Positions 10,280 through 21,700 are shown, counted from the first letter of the stretch. The stretch is DNA of 64,000 nt from Candidatus Brocadiia bacterium (GCA_050015075.1 JBEKCB010000026.1:12526-76525), one strand, 5' to 3'. Notes: generated from the sequence alone by a model not told the origin. Numbers and translations: made by a program.

Positions 10280-11989
10280 TCACCGCAGGCCCTTCGGGCT
10301 GTCAGCATCCGCGGCGGCAGATCGTGAGGCTTTTTCGATCTCGAGCGGCACCCACCATTCAGCCCGGTCTCTGGGCCTGTCTCTTCGCTTCCAGCCGTCC
10401 GTGGGCGGCATTCCTTCCATGGTCCGGTACTTGTCCCAGTAGGGTTTCACCCAGGCGCCGCACCAGTGAACGTTCCCCTGGATGGAGATGTCGCCCTTCA
10501 CGTCATCCAGCAGGGCGGAGGCCTGCGGAAAACACCTCACAATCTCCTTGCGGTGTTCGAGGGTGTCTGGCTCATACATCCACCGGTCCACGTAGTCGAA
10601 GAAGGGATCGTGGTCCCACTGCTTCTCCAGCTTCAGGATCCGCAGGACGAGCGCCTCGCTGACCCAGGCGTTGCTGGTGCAATTGCGGCGATAGTTCTCG
10701 CCGACGGGCAGCCCGAAGTACTTGGCGTCCTGTTCGTTCACGGTCCACTGGGAAGGAGGAAGGTGCTCGTACGGCCCGTATCCGCCCTCGGCGCCCTTGT
10801 TGCTGTAGGGCTTGCCGGTCGCTGAGGAGATCCCATAGTGACCCGCGAACACCACGGTCGCTCCGGTCCAGCAGGCTCCGTAGCGCGTCTGGTTGTCTTC
10901 GCTGAACTCCGTCGCGGGAAACTTCCGGCTGGGCGACATCATGTCCTCGTCGTCCAGCATGAACCCGGCAAAGACAATAAGAAACTTGCGTGCGTGGCCG
11001 TGCCCGCCGAATCCCATCCAGCCGGGATGCCCGGACTTCACCGCGCCCCAGTAATCAATCCCGATCTGGGTCATGTTGATGAGGAGCGGCTCCTTGTGGT
11101 CGGCCGGGAAATCCAGGCACAATTTCAATCCGGCGCCTCCCGCGTAACCGGCGAGGTTCGCGCCATACCAGTGCATGTTCAGCCAGGGTGCGTCGAACCC
11201 GAAGAAGCCGGTGTTGACCCACGGCTTCTGGAAGTACACTGCGTCCTCCAGAGGATCGCGCGTGTCCTTCCGGTCGCCGAGAAGGGGCAGCCTCGGCAGC
11301 GCATCCCTGCGGAGATCCCGCGAGTAGTAGATCTTCGCGCTCCGGTCGCAGTAAGCCGGACGGAAGGCGTCGGGCGGGAGCGGCTTCTCCACGCAAGTCA
11401 GAATCGCCGCCACCTTCAGGGGGAAGTCGAACCCTCCTTCGCCCCGGCGAGACTTGTCGTGTGGGCCGTAGAACGGAGAGGGCACGTCTTCGCCGTGCTT
11501 GAGGCTGATGGTGGACACCAGCGAGTCCCCAGGCTTCATCCGGATCGGCGGCAGCGAAAGCCGGTTGCGCCGGAAGTAGTTCATGATGCCGCTGTCGTAC
11601 GCCACCTCCTTGATCGCCGGCGGGTTCAGCATGGAGCCGTTGCGGACGAAGTCCTCCTTCTTGACACCCTGCTCTTGCGTCTTGTCCTTCTCGCTCTCGG
11701 GCACCTCGTCGCCGACCAGCGTCTTGGGGTCCAGTTGGGTGATGGTGATCGGACCTACGATGTAATAGTCGCCGTTGACGAACCGGCCGACATGGGCCGG
11801 TTTCTCAAATGTCCATGTTATGCCGTAGTGCGAGACGCTGCTCTTTAATGGAAGCTCATCGAGTTTGGGCGCCGCGGGCGCGTTGTCCCTGGTATAAATC
11901 ACAACCGGTTTCTCCTGGCTCCAACATGGAGTCGCCAGGCAGCAGACTGCCGCTGCGGAGAGACCAAGCGCCAAGATCGTTCTCAGCAT
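10280..11989 (-). CDS. Uncharacterised secreted protein, paralog 1 of 3
   Basis: Signal peptide MLRTILALGLSAAAVCCLATPCWS; motifs YGITW, DAFRP, GGHG, WDHDPFFDYVDRWM. Confidence 0.8.
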   Translation of the reverse strand: MLRTILALGLSAAAVCCLATPCWSQEKPVVIYTRDNAPAAPKLDELPLKSSVSHYGITWTFEKPAHVGRFVNGDYYIVGPITITQLDPKTLVGDEVPESEKDKTQEQGVKKEDFVRNGSMLNPPAIKEVAYDSGIMNYFRRNRLSLPPIRMKPGDSLVSTISLKHGEDVPSPFYGPHDKSRRGEGGFDFPLKVAAILTCVEKPLPPDAFRPAYCDRSAKIYYSRDLRRDALPRLPLLGDRKDTRDPLEDAVYFQKPWVNTGFFGFDAPWLNMHWYGANLAGYAGGAGLKLCLDFPADHKEPLLINMTQIGIDYWGAVKSGHPGWMGFGGHGHARKFLIVFAGFMLDDEDMMSPSRKFPATEFSEDNQTRYGACWTGATVVFAGHYGISSATGKPYSNKGAEGGYGPYEHLPPSQWTVNEQDAKYFGLPVGENYRRNCTSNAWVSEALVLRILKLEKQWDHDPFFDYVDRWMYEPDTLEHRKEIVRCFPQASALLDDVKGDISIQGNVHWCGAWVKPYWDKYRTMEGMPPTDGWKRRDRPRDRAEWWVPLEIEKASRSAAADADSPKGLR

Positions 11990-12269
11990 AACGCGACTCC
12001 TTCTCGTTCTGCGGCCCAAGCTGGCCGGCTCCTCCGGTTGGGATCGGTTCCCACGCCCGGTATTGTAATGCAGGGACGCATGCCTGGCCAGATGTCTTTC
12101 CTGGAGATTCAGTAGAAGGCTCCAGAAGGGGAGGCCCGTTCGGAACATGCACTGAGTTTGGCCGTGGCAAGGCGAGTCCGGGATTTGCCAGATGGCCGCC
12201 GCCCACATAGCGGCTAGCCATCAAATCTCCGATTCCTGATCATCCCGAAGGTCGAAGGCGGCCGCTAGT

Positions 12270-12316
12270 AAAAAACAACCGGGAAGGCTGATGGCTATTT
12301 ACCGTCAGCCCTCCCG
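12270..12316 (-). terminator. Rho-independent terminator for paralogs 2-3
   Basis: Stem gggaaggctgatgg / ccgtcagccctccc followed by a T-run on the minus strand. Confidence 0.65.
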
Positions 12317-12379
12317 ACTACGTTGCACAACGTCAGAGGCCAAAGCCGCCCCTGGTCCGCGTTCGTTCTAACCGCTCGC

Positions 12380-13816
12380 CTACTTCCAGGTCTCTTCCGC
12401 CGGCGGAGTCTTTTCCCCATTCGGCCCGGGCGGAAGATTGTCGCGGTATTTCTTCCACATCTCGTTGACGAACGGATACCACGTCGCTCGTTGCAGCTGC
12501 CAATCTGCGGAGAAGTCCCATCCCGTCTGATCTTTGATCTGCTTGACGAATGCCGTGTCGTCCTCCGTCATCCAGCGATCCTCATAGGCAAAGAACGCGT
12601 CATGGTCCCAGTCTTTCTCAGCGTGCATAATCCTGGCCGCAAGAGCCTCGGCCACCCAGGCATTGCCGTTCAAACGACGGTAACTCTCGTTCATCTGGCT
12701 CGCCCACTCTTTCGGCGGGAGATGCTCGTACTGGCCCCAGCCCGGATCGGTCTTATTGATATCCTCGCCGTTCCGGTCAACGCCCTGATGCCCGGCGTAG
12801 ACCACCTTCGCTCCGGTCCAGGAGCGCTTGAACAGAGTCTGCATGTCCTCCCCGAACTGCACGTTGGGATAGGTCTTAGTGGGCGAGGCCATTTCGTCAT
12901 CGCCCAGCATCATCCCGGCGAACACGATCGGCCATTTCCGGCCCGATCCATGCCCGCCATGCGCCTGCCAGCCGTGGAAGCCGGCTCTCACGATGCCCCA
13001 AAGGTCAATCCCGTTCTGCACAAGACCGATCAGGAGCCTCTCCTTTTTCTCCGGCGGCAAATCCGTCATCAATGCCAGGCTGGCGACTCCGGGCGCTTCG
13101 GCCATTTCCCGTCCGTACTGCGGTTGATATTCCACGGGCGCGTCGAAGGAAAAGAATACCAGGTTGAACCAGACGCGGTTGTAGTGATCCGCCAGTTCGT
13201 CTGCCGAAATCGAGACGCCTAAGTCCAGGTCGAACGTATCTCGGCCATAAGGCAGATTCGGCAGGAGATTCCGCTTGAGGTTCCTGGCCAGGTAGGTCTT
13301 CTGCGACCGATCGCAGTACGAGGGACGGAAGGCATCCGCGGGCTGGGCGGCAGCCACACAGGTGAGCACACAGGCGCTTTTCACGGGGCACGGCGTAATG
13401 ACGCTCTTTCGAAGCCAGCGATGAAAGGCCTTGTTGTATTCCTCGTCGGTGACGCTGATGGTGGACATGAGCGCATCGCCGGGCTTCATCTGGATCGGCA
13501 ACGGCGTGCACATCTTGGCGTCGTAACGGTGTCCCTCCTCGCGGCTGTCATAGCCGCTGTGATTTTCATCCAGCGGCGGATTCACTTCGCATCCATTCCG
13601 GCCGTTCCCGGGCGGAGGCGTGATGGAGACGACTTCGCAATTCCCCACAACATAATAGTCGCCGTTTACGAACTGACCGACTTCGGCCGGTTTACTTAAC
13701 TTCCAAGTGATCCCGTATTGCGTGATGGTATCGGTTTTCACAGTAGGACCGCTCTCTGCGCATGCAGACAAGAGAACGAGAATAGCCGCCATGCAAACGC
13801 TCTTGCACACGTACAT
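12380..13816 (-). CDS. Uncharacterised secreted protein, possible lipoprotein, paralog 2 of 3
   Basis: LLSAC lipobox; ITQYGITW, GGHGSGRKWPIVFAG, WDHDAFFAYEDRWM. Confidence 0.85.
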   Translation of the reverse strand: MYVCKSVCMAAILVLLSACAESGPTVKTDTITQYGITWKLSKPAEVGQFVNGDYYVVGNCEVVSITPPPGNGRNGCEVNPPLDENHSGYDSREEGHRYDAKMCTPLPIQMKPGDALMSTISVTDEEYNKAFHRWLRKSVITPCPVKSACVLTCVAAAQPADAFRPSYCDRSQKTYLARNLKRNLLPNLPYGRDTFDLDLGVSISADELADHYNRVWFNLVFFSFDAPVEYQPQYGREMAEAPGVASLALMTDLPPEKKERLLIGLVQNGIDLWGIVRAGFHGWQAHGGHGSGRKWPIVFAGMMLGDDEMASPTKTYPNVQFGEDMQTLFKRSWTGAKVVYAGHQGVDRNGEDINKTDPGWGQYEHLPPKEWASQMNESYRRLNGNAWVAEALAARIMHAEKDWDHDAFFAYEDRWMTEDDTAFVKQIKDQTGWDFSADWQLQRATWYPFVNEMWKKYRDNLPPGPNGEKTPPAEETWK

Positions 13817-13864
13817 TGTTCCCTCCCTTCCATTTTAGCTTTCGATCGCTTCCCTGACCCAAAT

Positions 13865-15307
13865 CTATTTCCAGGTCGTCTCGGCCGGCGGGGTTTTCTC
13901 ACCATCCGGCCACGGGGGAATGTTGTTGCGGTATTTATGCCACATTTCCATTATGAATGGATCATATGTCTGTCTCTGCCAGCACCAGTCAGGATAGGTA
14001 AGTCCCGTCTGCGCCGTGATCGTTTTTAGAAATGCGGTATCATCTTCCGTCATCCAACGATCCACATAACTGAAAAAGGCGTCATGGTCCCAGTATTTTT
14101 CCGCATGCATAATCCGCGCCGCCAAGGCTTCGCCCACCCAGGCGAGGCTCGTGCAGGAACGGCGGTATCCTTCGTTCATGCCCGGCTCCTCCGGGTCAAT
14201 CGGCCAGTCCTTGGGCTGAAGATGTTCGTATTGGCCCCAGCCCGCCTTCTTATTGACGTCATTTCCGTTTTTGTCAACGCCCATGTGCCCTGCATAAACC
14301 ACCCCGGCGCCCGTCCAGCAGCGTTTGAACAAGGTCTGCATATCTTCCCCGAACTCGCATTTAGGATAGGTCTTGTTCGGCGACGCCATCTCGTCGTCGC
14401 CCAGCATGATGCCGGCGAACACGATCGGCCATTTCCGTCCCGTCCCGTGCCCTCCCCAGGCTTCCCAGCCGTGAAAATCGGCTCTCACAATGCCCCACAA
14501 ATCAATGCCGTTCTGCACAAAACCGATCAGGAGCTTTTCTTTTTTCGCCGGCGGCAAATCGGTCATCAGCGCCAGGCTGGCCACAGCCGCGGCCCTGCCT
14601 AACTCTCTTCCGTACTGGGGCTGGTATTCGACCGGAGTGTCCCACGAAAAGAAAACCAGGTCCAGCCAGACGCGGTTGTAGTGCTCTGCAAGCTCTTCGA
14701 CCGTCGGCGCGCCCTGTTCGATGGCGAAACTATCTTTGCCGTAGGGTAAACTCGGCAGAAGATTCCTTTTTAGATTCCCGGCCAGATATATTTTCTGCGA
14801 GCGGTCGCAATAGGACGGACGAAAGGCATCTGCCGGTGCAGCCGAAGCCAGGCAAGTGAGCACGCAAGCGCTCTTCACCGGACAGTCTGATTTGTCGCTC
14901 CTGCGAAACCAACTGGGGATTGTCCCGAGTTCCTTATCGGTCACACTGATCGTGGATATCAGCGCATCCCCGGGTTTCATATGAATCGGCAGTTGAGCGC
15001 ACATCTTGGCGTCATAGCGCTCGCCCCCTTCGCGGCTGTCATATCCGCTGTGATAGTCATTGAGCGGCGGATTCAACTCGCTTCCATTTCGCCCGTTTCC
15101 CGGCGGCGGAGTGATCGCCACGACCTCACAATTGCCCACAACATAGTAGTCGCCGGTCACAAACTGTCCAACCTCCGCCGGCTCGCTTAATTTCCATGTG
15201 ATCCCGTATTGGGTGATCGTATCGGTTTTCTCGGCTTGAACTCTCTGCGGGAATACACAAAAAAGAATGGCTATCACGACCGGGAGAACGTTTTTGGACG
15301 GGTACAT
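13865..15307 (-). CDS. Uncharacterised secreted protein, paralog 3 of 3
   Basis: Signal peptide ending RVQA; colinear with and closely similar to 12380-13816. Confidence 0.85.
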   Translation of the reverse strand: MYPSKNVLPVVIAILFCVFPQRVQAEKTDTITQYGITWKLSEPAEVGQFVTGDYYVVGNCEVVAITPPPGNGRNGSELNPPLNDYHSGYDSREGGERYDAKMCAQLPIHMKPGDALISTISVTDKELGTIPSWFRRSDKSDCPVKSACVLTCLASAAPADAFRPSYCDRSQKIYLAGNLKRNLLPSLPYGKDSFAIEQGAPTVEELAEHYNRVWLDLVFFSWDTPVEYQPQYGRELGRAAAVASLALMTDLPPAKKEKLLIGFVQNGIDLWGIVRADFHGWEAWGGHGTGRKWPIVFAGIMLGDDEMASPNKTYPKCEFGEDMQTLFKRCWTGAGVVYAGHMGVDKNGNDVNKKAGWGQYEHLQPKDWPIDPEEPGMNEGYRRSCTSLAWVGEALAARIMHAEKYWDHDAFFSYVDRWMTEDDTAFLKTITAQTGLTYPDWCWQRQTYDPFIMEMWHKYRNNIPPWPDGEKTPPAETTWK

Positions 15308-15412
15308 GTTCGCCTCCAGCTCTTGTGTTTGGTTTGCAGCATGTTAACGCGGACAAACGCTTCCCTGAGATACTTCACGGCTTGCTCACGCTATGCGGTC
15401 CAGGACCGATGA

Positions 15413-15826
15413 TCACCCCTTCACAGCGTATACCCCTCTGCGGACACGCCTGAACCGCTTGTCCTTCGAGAGCGTCATGCTGACGATGTTCTGAAAATCT
15501 TTGGATTTGCTCTTATAACCTGCCGCCAGAACTGCCTCAGCGGCTTCGGCAATGGTCAGCTTGCCCTTGGCTTTGATGGCTTCCGCCAATGTGCTGCTCA
15601 GGCTTCCTTCTCTCGCCGGTTTGACGGCTCTTCGCGCTGCCTTTCTCCTGGCCGCCTTCCTACGACCACGGACTGCCGCCTTCACATCGCCAAGACCTTC
15701 CAGCTCGGCAATCTGGCAATTCAGTGCATCCCGTGCAGCGAGGAGCTTCGGCAGTTTTCCTTGCCTACGACCGATTTCCTTCTTGAGGTCGTCTACGGAC
15801 ACCTTCGCCAGCTTCACTTTCGCCAT
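15413..15826 (-). CDS. Small basic DNA-binding protein (N-terminal coiled coil, K/R/A linker, C-terminal winged-helix-like domain), copy 1
   Basis: Highly basic; AEAAEAVLAAGYKSKSKDFQNIVSMTL...FRRVRRGVY. Confidence 0.75.
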   Translation of the reverse strand: MAKVKLAKVSVDDLKKEIGRRQGKLPKLLAARDALNCQIAELEGLGDVKAAVRGRRKAARRKAARRAVKPAREGSLSSTLAEAIKAKGKLTIAEAAEAVLAAGYKSKSKDFQNIVSMTLSKDKRFRRVRRGVYAVKG

Positions 15827-16029
15827 GTGCTGCCCTTTCTGTCAAACGAATTACCTCAGCCCCATGCTGATCTTCCCTCTTGCGCCGCCGTTCGCAGGAC
15901 TCTACCACGAGGGGCTGACAACCGCAAGGGGGCCCAAAGCTGTAACAGGGCCGCCGGCCGCCTTGCCCATTTCGGCAATTGCGTCCCTCAACGGGAGCCT
16001 TGTTTCGGTATCTGGGCTGACCGTCTTCG

Positions 16030-16929
16030 TCAGTCTATGCGGCAGGGTCCGTCTGCGGAGACGCAGTTCCTGCGGATGCCAAGATTCTCCATCCAGCCGC
16101 GCACTTCAAGTGTCTTCCACGGCCCGGAGCCCTTCCCGCCGCCGGAATCGTTATCCCAAAGCCAGCGGGGCGTGGGCCAGAGGCAGTAATCCGGTTTGAC
16201 GGCGCGATAGAAGAATTCATCGCAGCCTGACTGGCCATGGTGCGCCATCTGTACGTAATCGGCATGGAGGCGTTCTCTAAAGGGGCCGGCGAGCAGCTTC
16301 TCGCCTCCCTCGACTCCGAGGTCGCCTGTGAACAGGACCGACTTCCTCGCGTCAGAGACGCGGATGACCAGGCTGGAGTTGTTGATTGCGTTCCGCGTGA
16401 CCTCCGGGTTGTTGACACCCAAGACCTCGATTCGCACGCCGTCAATCTCCAGCACCTGTCCGACCTGAAGCGGCTCGCAGGAACGGCCGGAACGCTCCAG
16501 GGCCGCGCGAAAGGAACGCGTGTCTTCAAGGCGTTCCGGTTCATATTTTGCGATCCATACATCTTCGGGGAGAACGCCATAGATTCCGTCTATCTGCACG
16601 GCTGCGGGATCGTCGAGAATCGCGCTCAGGGCATCCACGTGGTCCGAATGTGGGTGCGTTATGAACCAGGCGTGGATACGATTCCCGAGCGCCGCGAGAG
16701 ATTCTCTGAGGTTGGGGGCATCTCCACGCGTTCCTCCGTCTATGACAATGACCTCGTCGTGGCTGGTCTTTAGAACATAGCACATCATCTGAGTGCGAGT
16801 CTGGGCCGGCAATTGCCATAACGTAAAATGCGTCTCTGCCGGCGGCTTACGGCCATCCGATAGCGTCTGGCAGCTTTGGAGGACGACAAATGGCAGCCCA
16901 AGGAGTGCCAGCGGGTGACTGGAACACAT
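16030..16929 (-). CDS. ComEC/Rec2-like metallo-beta-lactamase-fold hydrolase
   Basis: IDGG, THPHSDH, NNSSLV, LFTGD, QMAHHG. Confidence 0.85.
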   Translation of the reverse strand: MCSSHPLALLGLPFVVLQSCQTLSDGRKPPAETHFTLWQLPAQTRTQMMCYVLKTSHDEVIVIDGGTRGDAPNLRESLAALGNRIHAWFITHPHSDHVDALSAILDDPAAVQIDGIYGVLPEDVWIAKYEPERLEDTRSFRAALERSGRSCEPLQVGQVLEIDGVRIEVLGVNNPEVTRNAINNSSLVIRVSDARKSVLFTGDLGVEGGEKLLAGPFRERLHADYVQMAHHGQSGCDEFFYRAVKPDYCLWPTPRWLWDNDSGGGKGSGPWKTLEVRGWMENLGIRRNCVSADGPCRID

Positions 16930-16947
16930 TTGGCTCGACCTTCTTCT

Positions 16948-16997
16948 CAACCGGGATTTGCGATGTGGCCGCTCTCCACAGGACGGTCAGGCGTCAC
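16948..16997 (-). repeat. Leader-only copy of the shared cargo promoter/leader element
   Basis: Matches 49403-49452 (caaccgg...tggccgctctccacaggrcggtcag). Confidence 0.65.
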
Positions 16998-17001
16998 CTC
17001 C

Positions 17002-17406
17002 TCAGAGGTACACCCCTCTGCCGACCCGCTTGAATCGTTTGTCTTTCGAGAGCGTCATGCTGACAATCTTCCGCAAATTCTTGGATTTGCTCTTGTAACC
17101 AGCCGCCAGAACTGCGTCAATGGCTTCGGCAATGGTCAACTTCCCTCTGGTTTGGATGGCTTCCACCAACACGCTGCTCAGGCTGCCCTTTCTCGCCGGC
17201 TTCACGGCTCTTCGTGCTCCCTTCGGCCTGCCCGGCTTCCTGCGAGCAACGGCCACCGGCTTCACAGTGCCTAGAGCCTCCAACTCGGCAATTTGGCAAT
17301 TGAGCGCGTCCCGCGCAGCGATGAGCTTCGGAAGTGCTCTCTGACGCCGAACGATCTCCCTCTTCAGCTCCTCGACCGACACCTTCGCGAGCTTTGCTCT
17401 CGGCAT
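17002..17406 (-). CDS. Small basic DNA-binding protein, copy 2
   Basis: Colinear paralog of 15413-15826 from MPRAKLAKVSVEELKREI; GGAGG RBS. Confidence 0.75.
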   Translation of the reverse strand: MPRAKLAKVSVEELKREIVRRQRALPKLIAARDALNCQIAELEALGTVKPVAVARRKPGRPKGARRAVKPARKGSLSSVLVEAIQTRGKLTIAEAIDAVLAAGYKSKSKNLRKIVSMTLSKDKRFKRVGRGVYL

Positions 17407-17537
17407 AGGAGCGACCTCCAAAGGATGATAATCAGCGGCCCTCGCCCTTACTCCGGGCACTGACAGGGCACAATAGCCAGCCAAGGCAGAAAAAGCAACA
17501 ACGGCGAAGCGTCGCCTCGATCCCACCGTTGTGCCGG

Positions 17538-18221
17538 TCAGTCATGTTGGATCGCTTCCCAGAGTTCCTTGTTGAAAGCTGCATGCCGCGACGGGCAGTT
17601 CTCCCTATGGCAAACCTCGCAACTTCGAAAGTCCACCTCCGTAGGGAAAAGTACGCCCGAGACTGTCTTGTTCGGGATCATCAGGAATGAGTCCGTCAGC
17701 CTGACTCCAATCGCCTGCTCAACGTTACCCAGGAGAGCAAACAGCCCTCGCTGCTGTTCAATGGGCCACACCGATGCATCGCCGGAACCGGGCCGCATGA
17801 TTGCTGTCTTGCCCAGGCGGAACCTGCGGTGCAGATGATCGCTGAGCTGGCTGTTCGCAGCACCAAGCAAGTGGGTCTTGATCAAGTCCCACCAGAACTC
17901 CTTCAGCATGTCCCCTCGCGCGGGAGACTTCTCATCCATCTCGCGTCCGCAGGTCGCAACCATGGGAAAAATGCGTTCGCTGGACGCCAGGTTCCTGCTC
18001 AAGGTTCGGCTTGTGAAAGAGATGCCCCCGATTACCACGGTGTCGCCGGCTCTGCCATCCACAAACGACACGGTGTAGGCCGCTCTGGGTTTTCCGACTT
18101 CCATTGCCGCGGCCATTAAGGCTCTCAATTCCTTCGCATCGTCGGATCCTGGTTCAACATGCGCCTGCTTCATCAATTGGACGGCATCCAAAGAAAATGG
18201 AATCTCGTTCAGGATTTCCAT
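17538..18221 (-). CDS. Stand-alone B12-dependent methionine synthase activation-domain-like protein
   Basis: VATCG, MRPGS, WPIEQQ, IGVRLTDSFLMIPNKTVSG, C-terminal CEVC...CPSR. Confidence 0.8.
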   Translation of the reverse strand: MEILNEIPFSLDAVQLMKQAHVEPGSDDAKELRALMAAAMEVGKPRAAYTVSFVDGRAGDTVVIGGISFTSRTLSRNLASSERIFPMVATCGREMDEKSPARGDMLKEFWWDLIKTHLLGAANSQLSDHLHRRFRLGKTAIMRPGSGDASVWPIEQQRGLFALLGNVEQAIGVRLTDSFLMIPNKTVSGVLFPTEVDFRSCEVCHRENCPSRHAAFNKELWEAIQHD

Positions 18222-18772
18222 CTCATCTCCCTTAGCGCAACGATAGGGATCAGCGGCTTGAGCAATCGCTAGAAGGCCCGGAACGAGGCCGCAACTTTTC
18301 CATCGTTCAGATGCCGTGCTCATGGTATAGCGCCACTGCCGCTTTGTCAATGTCCGCTCTAAGGAACGCAGCGCGACCTATTGGAAAGGAGAACATTCTC
18401 ATGGACATTCGGCCTGTTCGATGAGGAAGATACCGCCGAAGTGAAGGCGGTTGGGGAAGAACCAGACACGCAGCAGTGGAACTCACTTTGCTGGTGAGGC
18501 ACGGTGAATCCGCTGTCCGCAGCGAGTGCAATGCCAGGCGGGGTCATCATCTGTACTGGTATAGTCCAATTACGCCAATCCGCCTCCTCTTCCCAAAAAG
18601 AGCGCCGCCACAAGTCGTTACCCGACTGGCAGGCCTGCCACGACTGACTTTCCGGGTAGGGGGCGGAGCGGAATGGCAGAGAGCGGAGGAGCAGCAGGCG
18701 GCGCGACGGCGCAGGGGAGAGGTTCGCCGGCGCGCGGCCTGCCCGGCCCCGACCGAACGAAGCGGGGGCTAA

Positions 18773-21700
18773 TTAATTGCCGAGGGGCGCTTGAATCGCA
18801 CCGGCCGTTCGTTGGGCAGACGTGGGCTTAACCCCGGCGAAGTCGCGCAGGAAAGGACCGTCGAATTCCCAGGCGTATAACTCTTCGATCGTGGTTTGCG
18901 CGTCGGCGAGGGTGCCCTGGGCGAGCCGAAGAAAATCGAGCGTGCCGTCGAACCAGCGGCCGGTCGGGGTGCCCGCGACGTAAAGATCGCCGTCGTTGGC
19001 GAGCGACACAGAGGCAGCGATGCCGCGGGCGCCGACGTCTTTTCGACCGTCGAGATAAATAGTCAGTTGGGGGATCGCGCGATCCAGTTCGGCGATGACG
19101 TGATGCCACTTTCCATCGCTGACTCTTGCGCGGCTTTCAACTGCAGCGGAAGCTCCGGGGCCTTGAACGCTGAAACGAATCCGGCCGGCGCTGCTGAGGG
19201 TCAGGCTGTAGCCGGCGCCCTGAAGCTTCTCGATCAGCACGCCGCCCGTGCACTCGGGCGCGGCTTTGAAATGGACTTCAATCAGCAGGTTGCCCGTGTA
19301 GATCTGCGGGTTCTTTAAGGCTGCGCCCTCGACCGTGCAGTCCTCGGGCTGCGCCCTTTCGTGCTGGCTTTTTTTCAGGTCACGAAACGAGAACGGTTTC
19401 ATAATCTCAGCATTGGCGAGGACGGCATATTGCTTCCTGGCGGCGGAGAAGTTGAGGGCGCCGGCGGTCCAATCTTGCAGCGGGCCGTTGGTGTAATCGG
19501 CGGCGGTGATATGAACTCCCTTCAGCGCGTACATGGGGCGGTCGCGGTAGGTGTCGCGCGAGACGAAGTAATCGGCCATGTACCAGTGCTCGTCCATAAG
19601 GTGGGTGGGGTCGTCTCCGGGGCGGCAGAAGTTCCATTCGCCGACGACGCCGAAGAGGGACCACGGGACGAACACCTTGGCGCCATGAAACGGGAAACGG
19701 AAAACGTGCTTCGTGCTGCGCGATTCGTCGGGCGTGACGTCCGGCGCGGGGCGGAAGTCGCCGTGGGCGGGATCGCGCAAAGGCGGCTGGCGAGCGACGA
19801 CGCCGAGATCGGTCAGGAGCGCGTCGTTTGCAACGAGGGTCGCCTTAAAGTCATCGAAGGAATGGAGCCAGCGACCGGATGGTTCAAGAACGCCCATTTC
19901 GGCGAAGTCGTAGAACACGTTGCCGCCATAGGCGTCGGAGGCGAGATCGAAGCGTTTTCGCGAAGGGCGCGCGGCTTGGGCTTCGCCTTCAGCGGCGGTC
20001 TTGGCCGGGTCGGCGTGGCGCAGGACAAACTGGCCGATCCCGCACCAGATATTGGCGAGATACTTGTTGCGGCCGGCCTCGGGTTCCTGGCGGCGCGAGC
20101 CGGTGTAGTAATTGTAGACGGTGTTGTTAAAAAAAGTGTTCTGATAACTGATGATTTCCTGGAAGGCGGAGCAATTCACGACGGGACTCTCGACGTCCTT
20201 CGCTTTGCCCCAGGCGATGTTGTTGAAGTGGTAATTTTTGAAAGCGCCGTCGAGGTAATAGGCGTGACCGAACCCCGCGCTATCATGGCTGTACCGCGCC
20301 CAGTTTTGATAGCCGAGCGCGTTATAGGAAATGTTGTCGAACACGTAGAATGGGCCGCCTTGCCAAGTCTCGATCCCGCCGTAATCGTTGCAGTTGAGCA
20401 TCGATTCCCAGACTTTGTTGTGATGAATCAGCAGGCGCGTGAACGGCACATCGCCCCAGCACCCGTTGACTTTCGAGCCGTGAACGTCAATCCCCTGCCC
20501 GTAACTGCGTTCGATGATATTGCCGGCGATCTCGAGGGTGCGCGCGCCGCTGACTTCCATGCCCGTGCCGGTGTTGTAGCGGGCGGGGCGGCGGCCGGTT
20601 TCGAGTGAGTGATTTCGATAGATACGCACGTCGCCCAGCCGGCCGCGAAGCTGGGCGTAGCCCCAGGCCGAGCCGTCGGAAACCGACAGGATGCCATCGT
20701 CGGTGAAGCGGAAATCGTTGTCCTCGATGCGGACATCGTCGACGCGCTGGCCGGCGAGGATGGAGCGGATGCGAATGGGGAAGAAGACGTGTTCGAAGAG
20801 ACAGTTGGCTATGCGGATATCTTTGCCTTCGCCCCAGACGCGGACAGCGCCGGGAAAGGCTTCGGGGCGGAAGGTCCAGGGTTCCGTGTTGAAATTCCAG
20901 GGAGCCGAGGTGATGTCCCATTCGGGCTGCGTGAAGCGAAAAGTGAGGCCGGTGATCTCGAGGTGTTCAACCTTTTCGCCGTCGATCAAATTCATTCGGC
21001 GGCCGGCTTCGATCTGCATCGTGTTCGGGTCTGCATCACCGGGGGGACGCAGATAAAGACGGCCGCCGGCGCCCTTCTTCTCGAACCAATACTCGCCTTC
21101 CGAATCGTCGAGGTACTGCGGTTTGTCTTCGAGGTAGTAGCGCATGTTGCGCATGACGACGTCGCCGGTACCGCCGCCCGTCCAGCCACCGAAGCCCAGC
21201 CCGTGATGCTCCAGGTCGACCACCTCGACTTCGGTCGGGTAAGGGGCGCTCATGACCCAGCCGTATTCGGGCCAGATTATGGCCCCTTTGAAATAGCTCG
21301 CCGGCTTGTCTTTGATGTGCTGCGTATCAATGCCCAGGTGCATTTCGGTGCCGCGGGCATCCTTGATCGTATTGCCGAACGGCTTGCCCGGATTGTCCCA
21401 GACCCACCATTCGCTTTTGACATCGTCGGGGTTGGAGACTTTCCATTTGGGCACGCGCGCGAGCGGCAGGCGGAGGATTTTGCCGTCCTGGCTGACACTC
21501 CAAACACAGCGTGGGGCGAAATCCAGGTCCGCCCACCAGACGAGTTGCGGCTCGGGAATGTCCGGGTGCGTGGCGCCCCGTTTCCAGCTCAGGACGCGTT
21601 CGGAACCACAGAGCACGGCTTCGCCCTTGCCCCACGACGGATCGCTCGTGAGGCGAACCGGCGCGCCGGAAACTCCGGGTTCCTTCACGCGGAGGGTACC

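Noticed and set aside
18411-18480. Possible frameshifted GNAT start (MDIR/LFDEEDTAEV) after an AGGAG RBS
   Set aside because: Too short and degenerate to support a call
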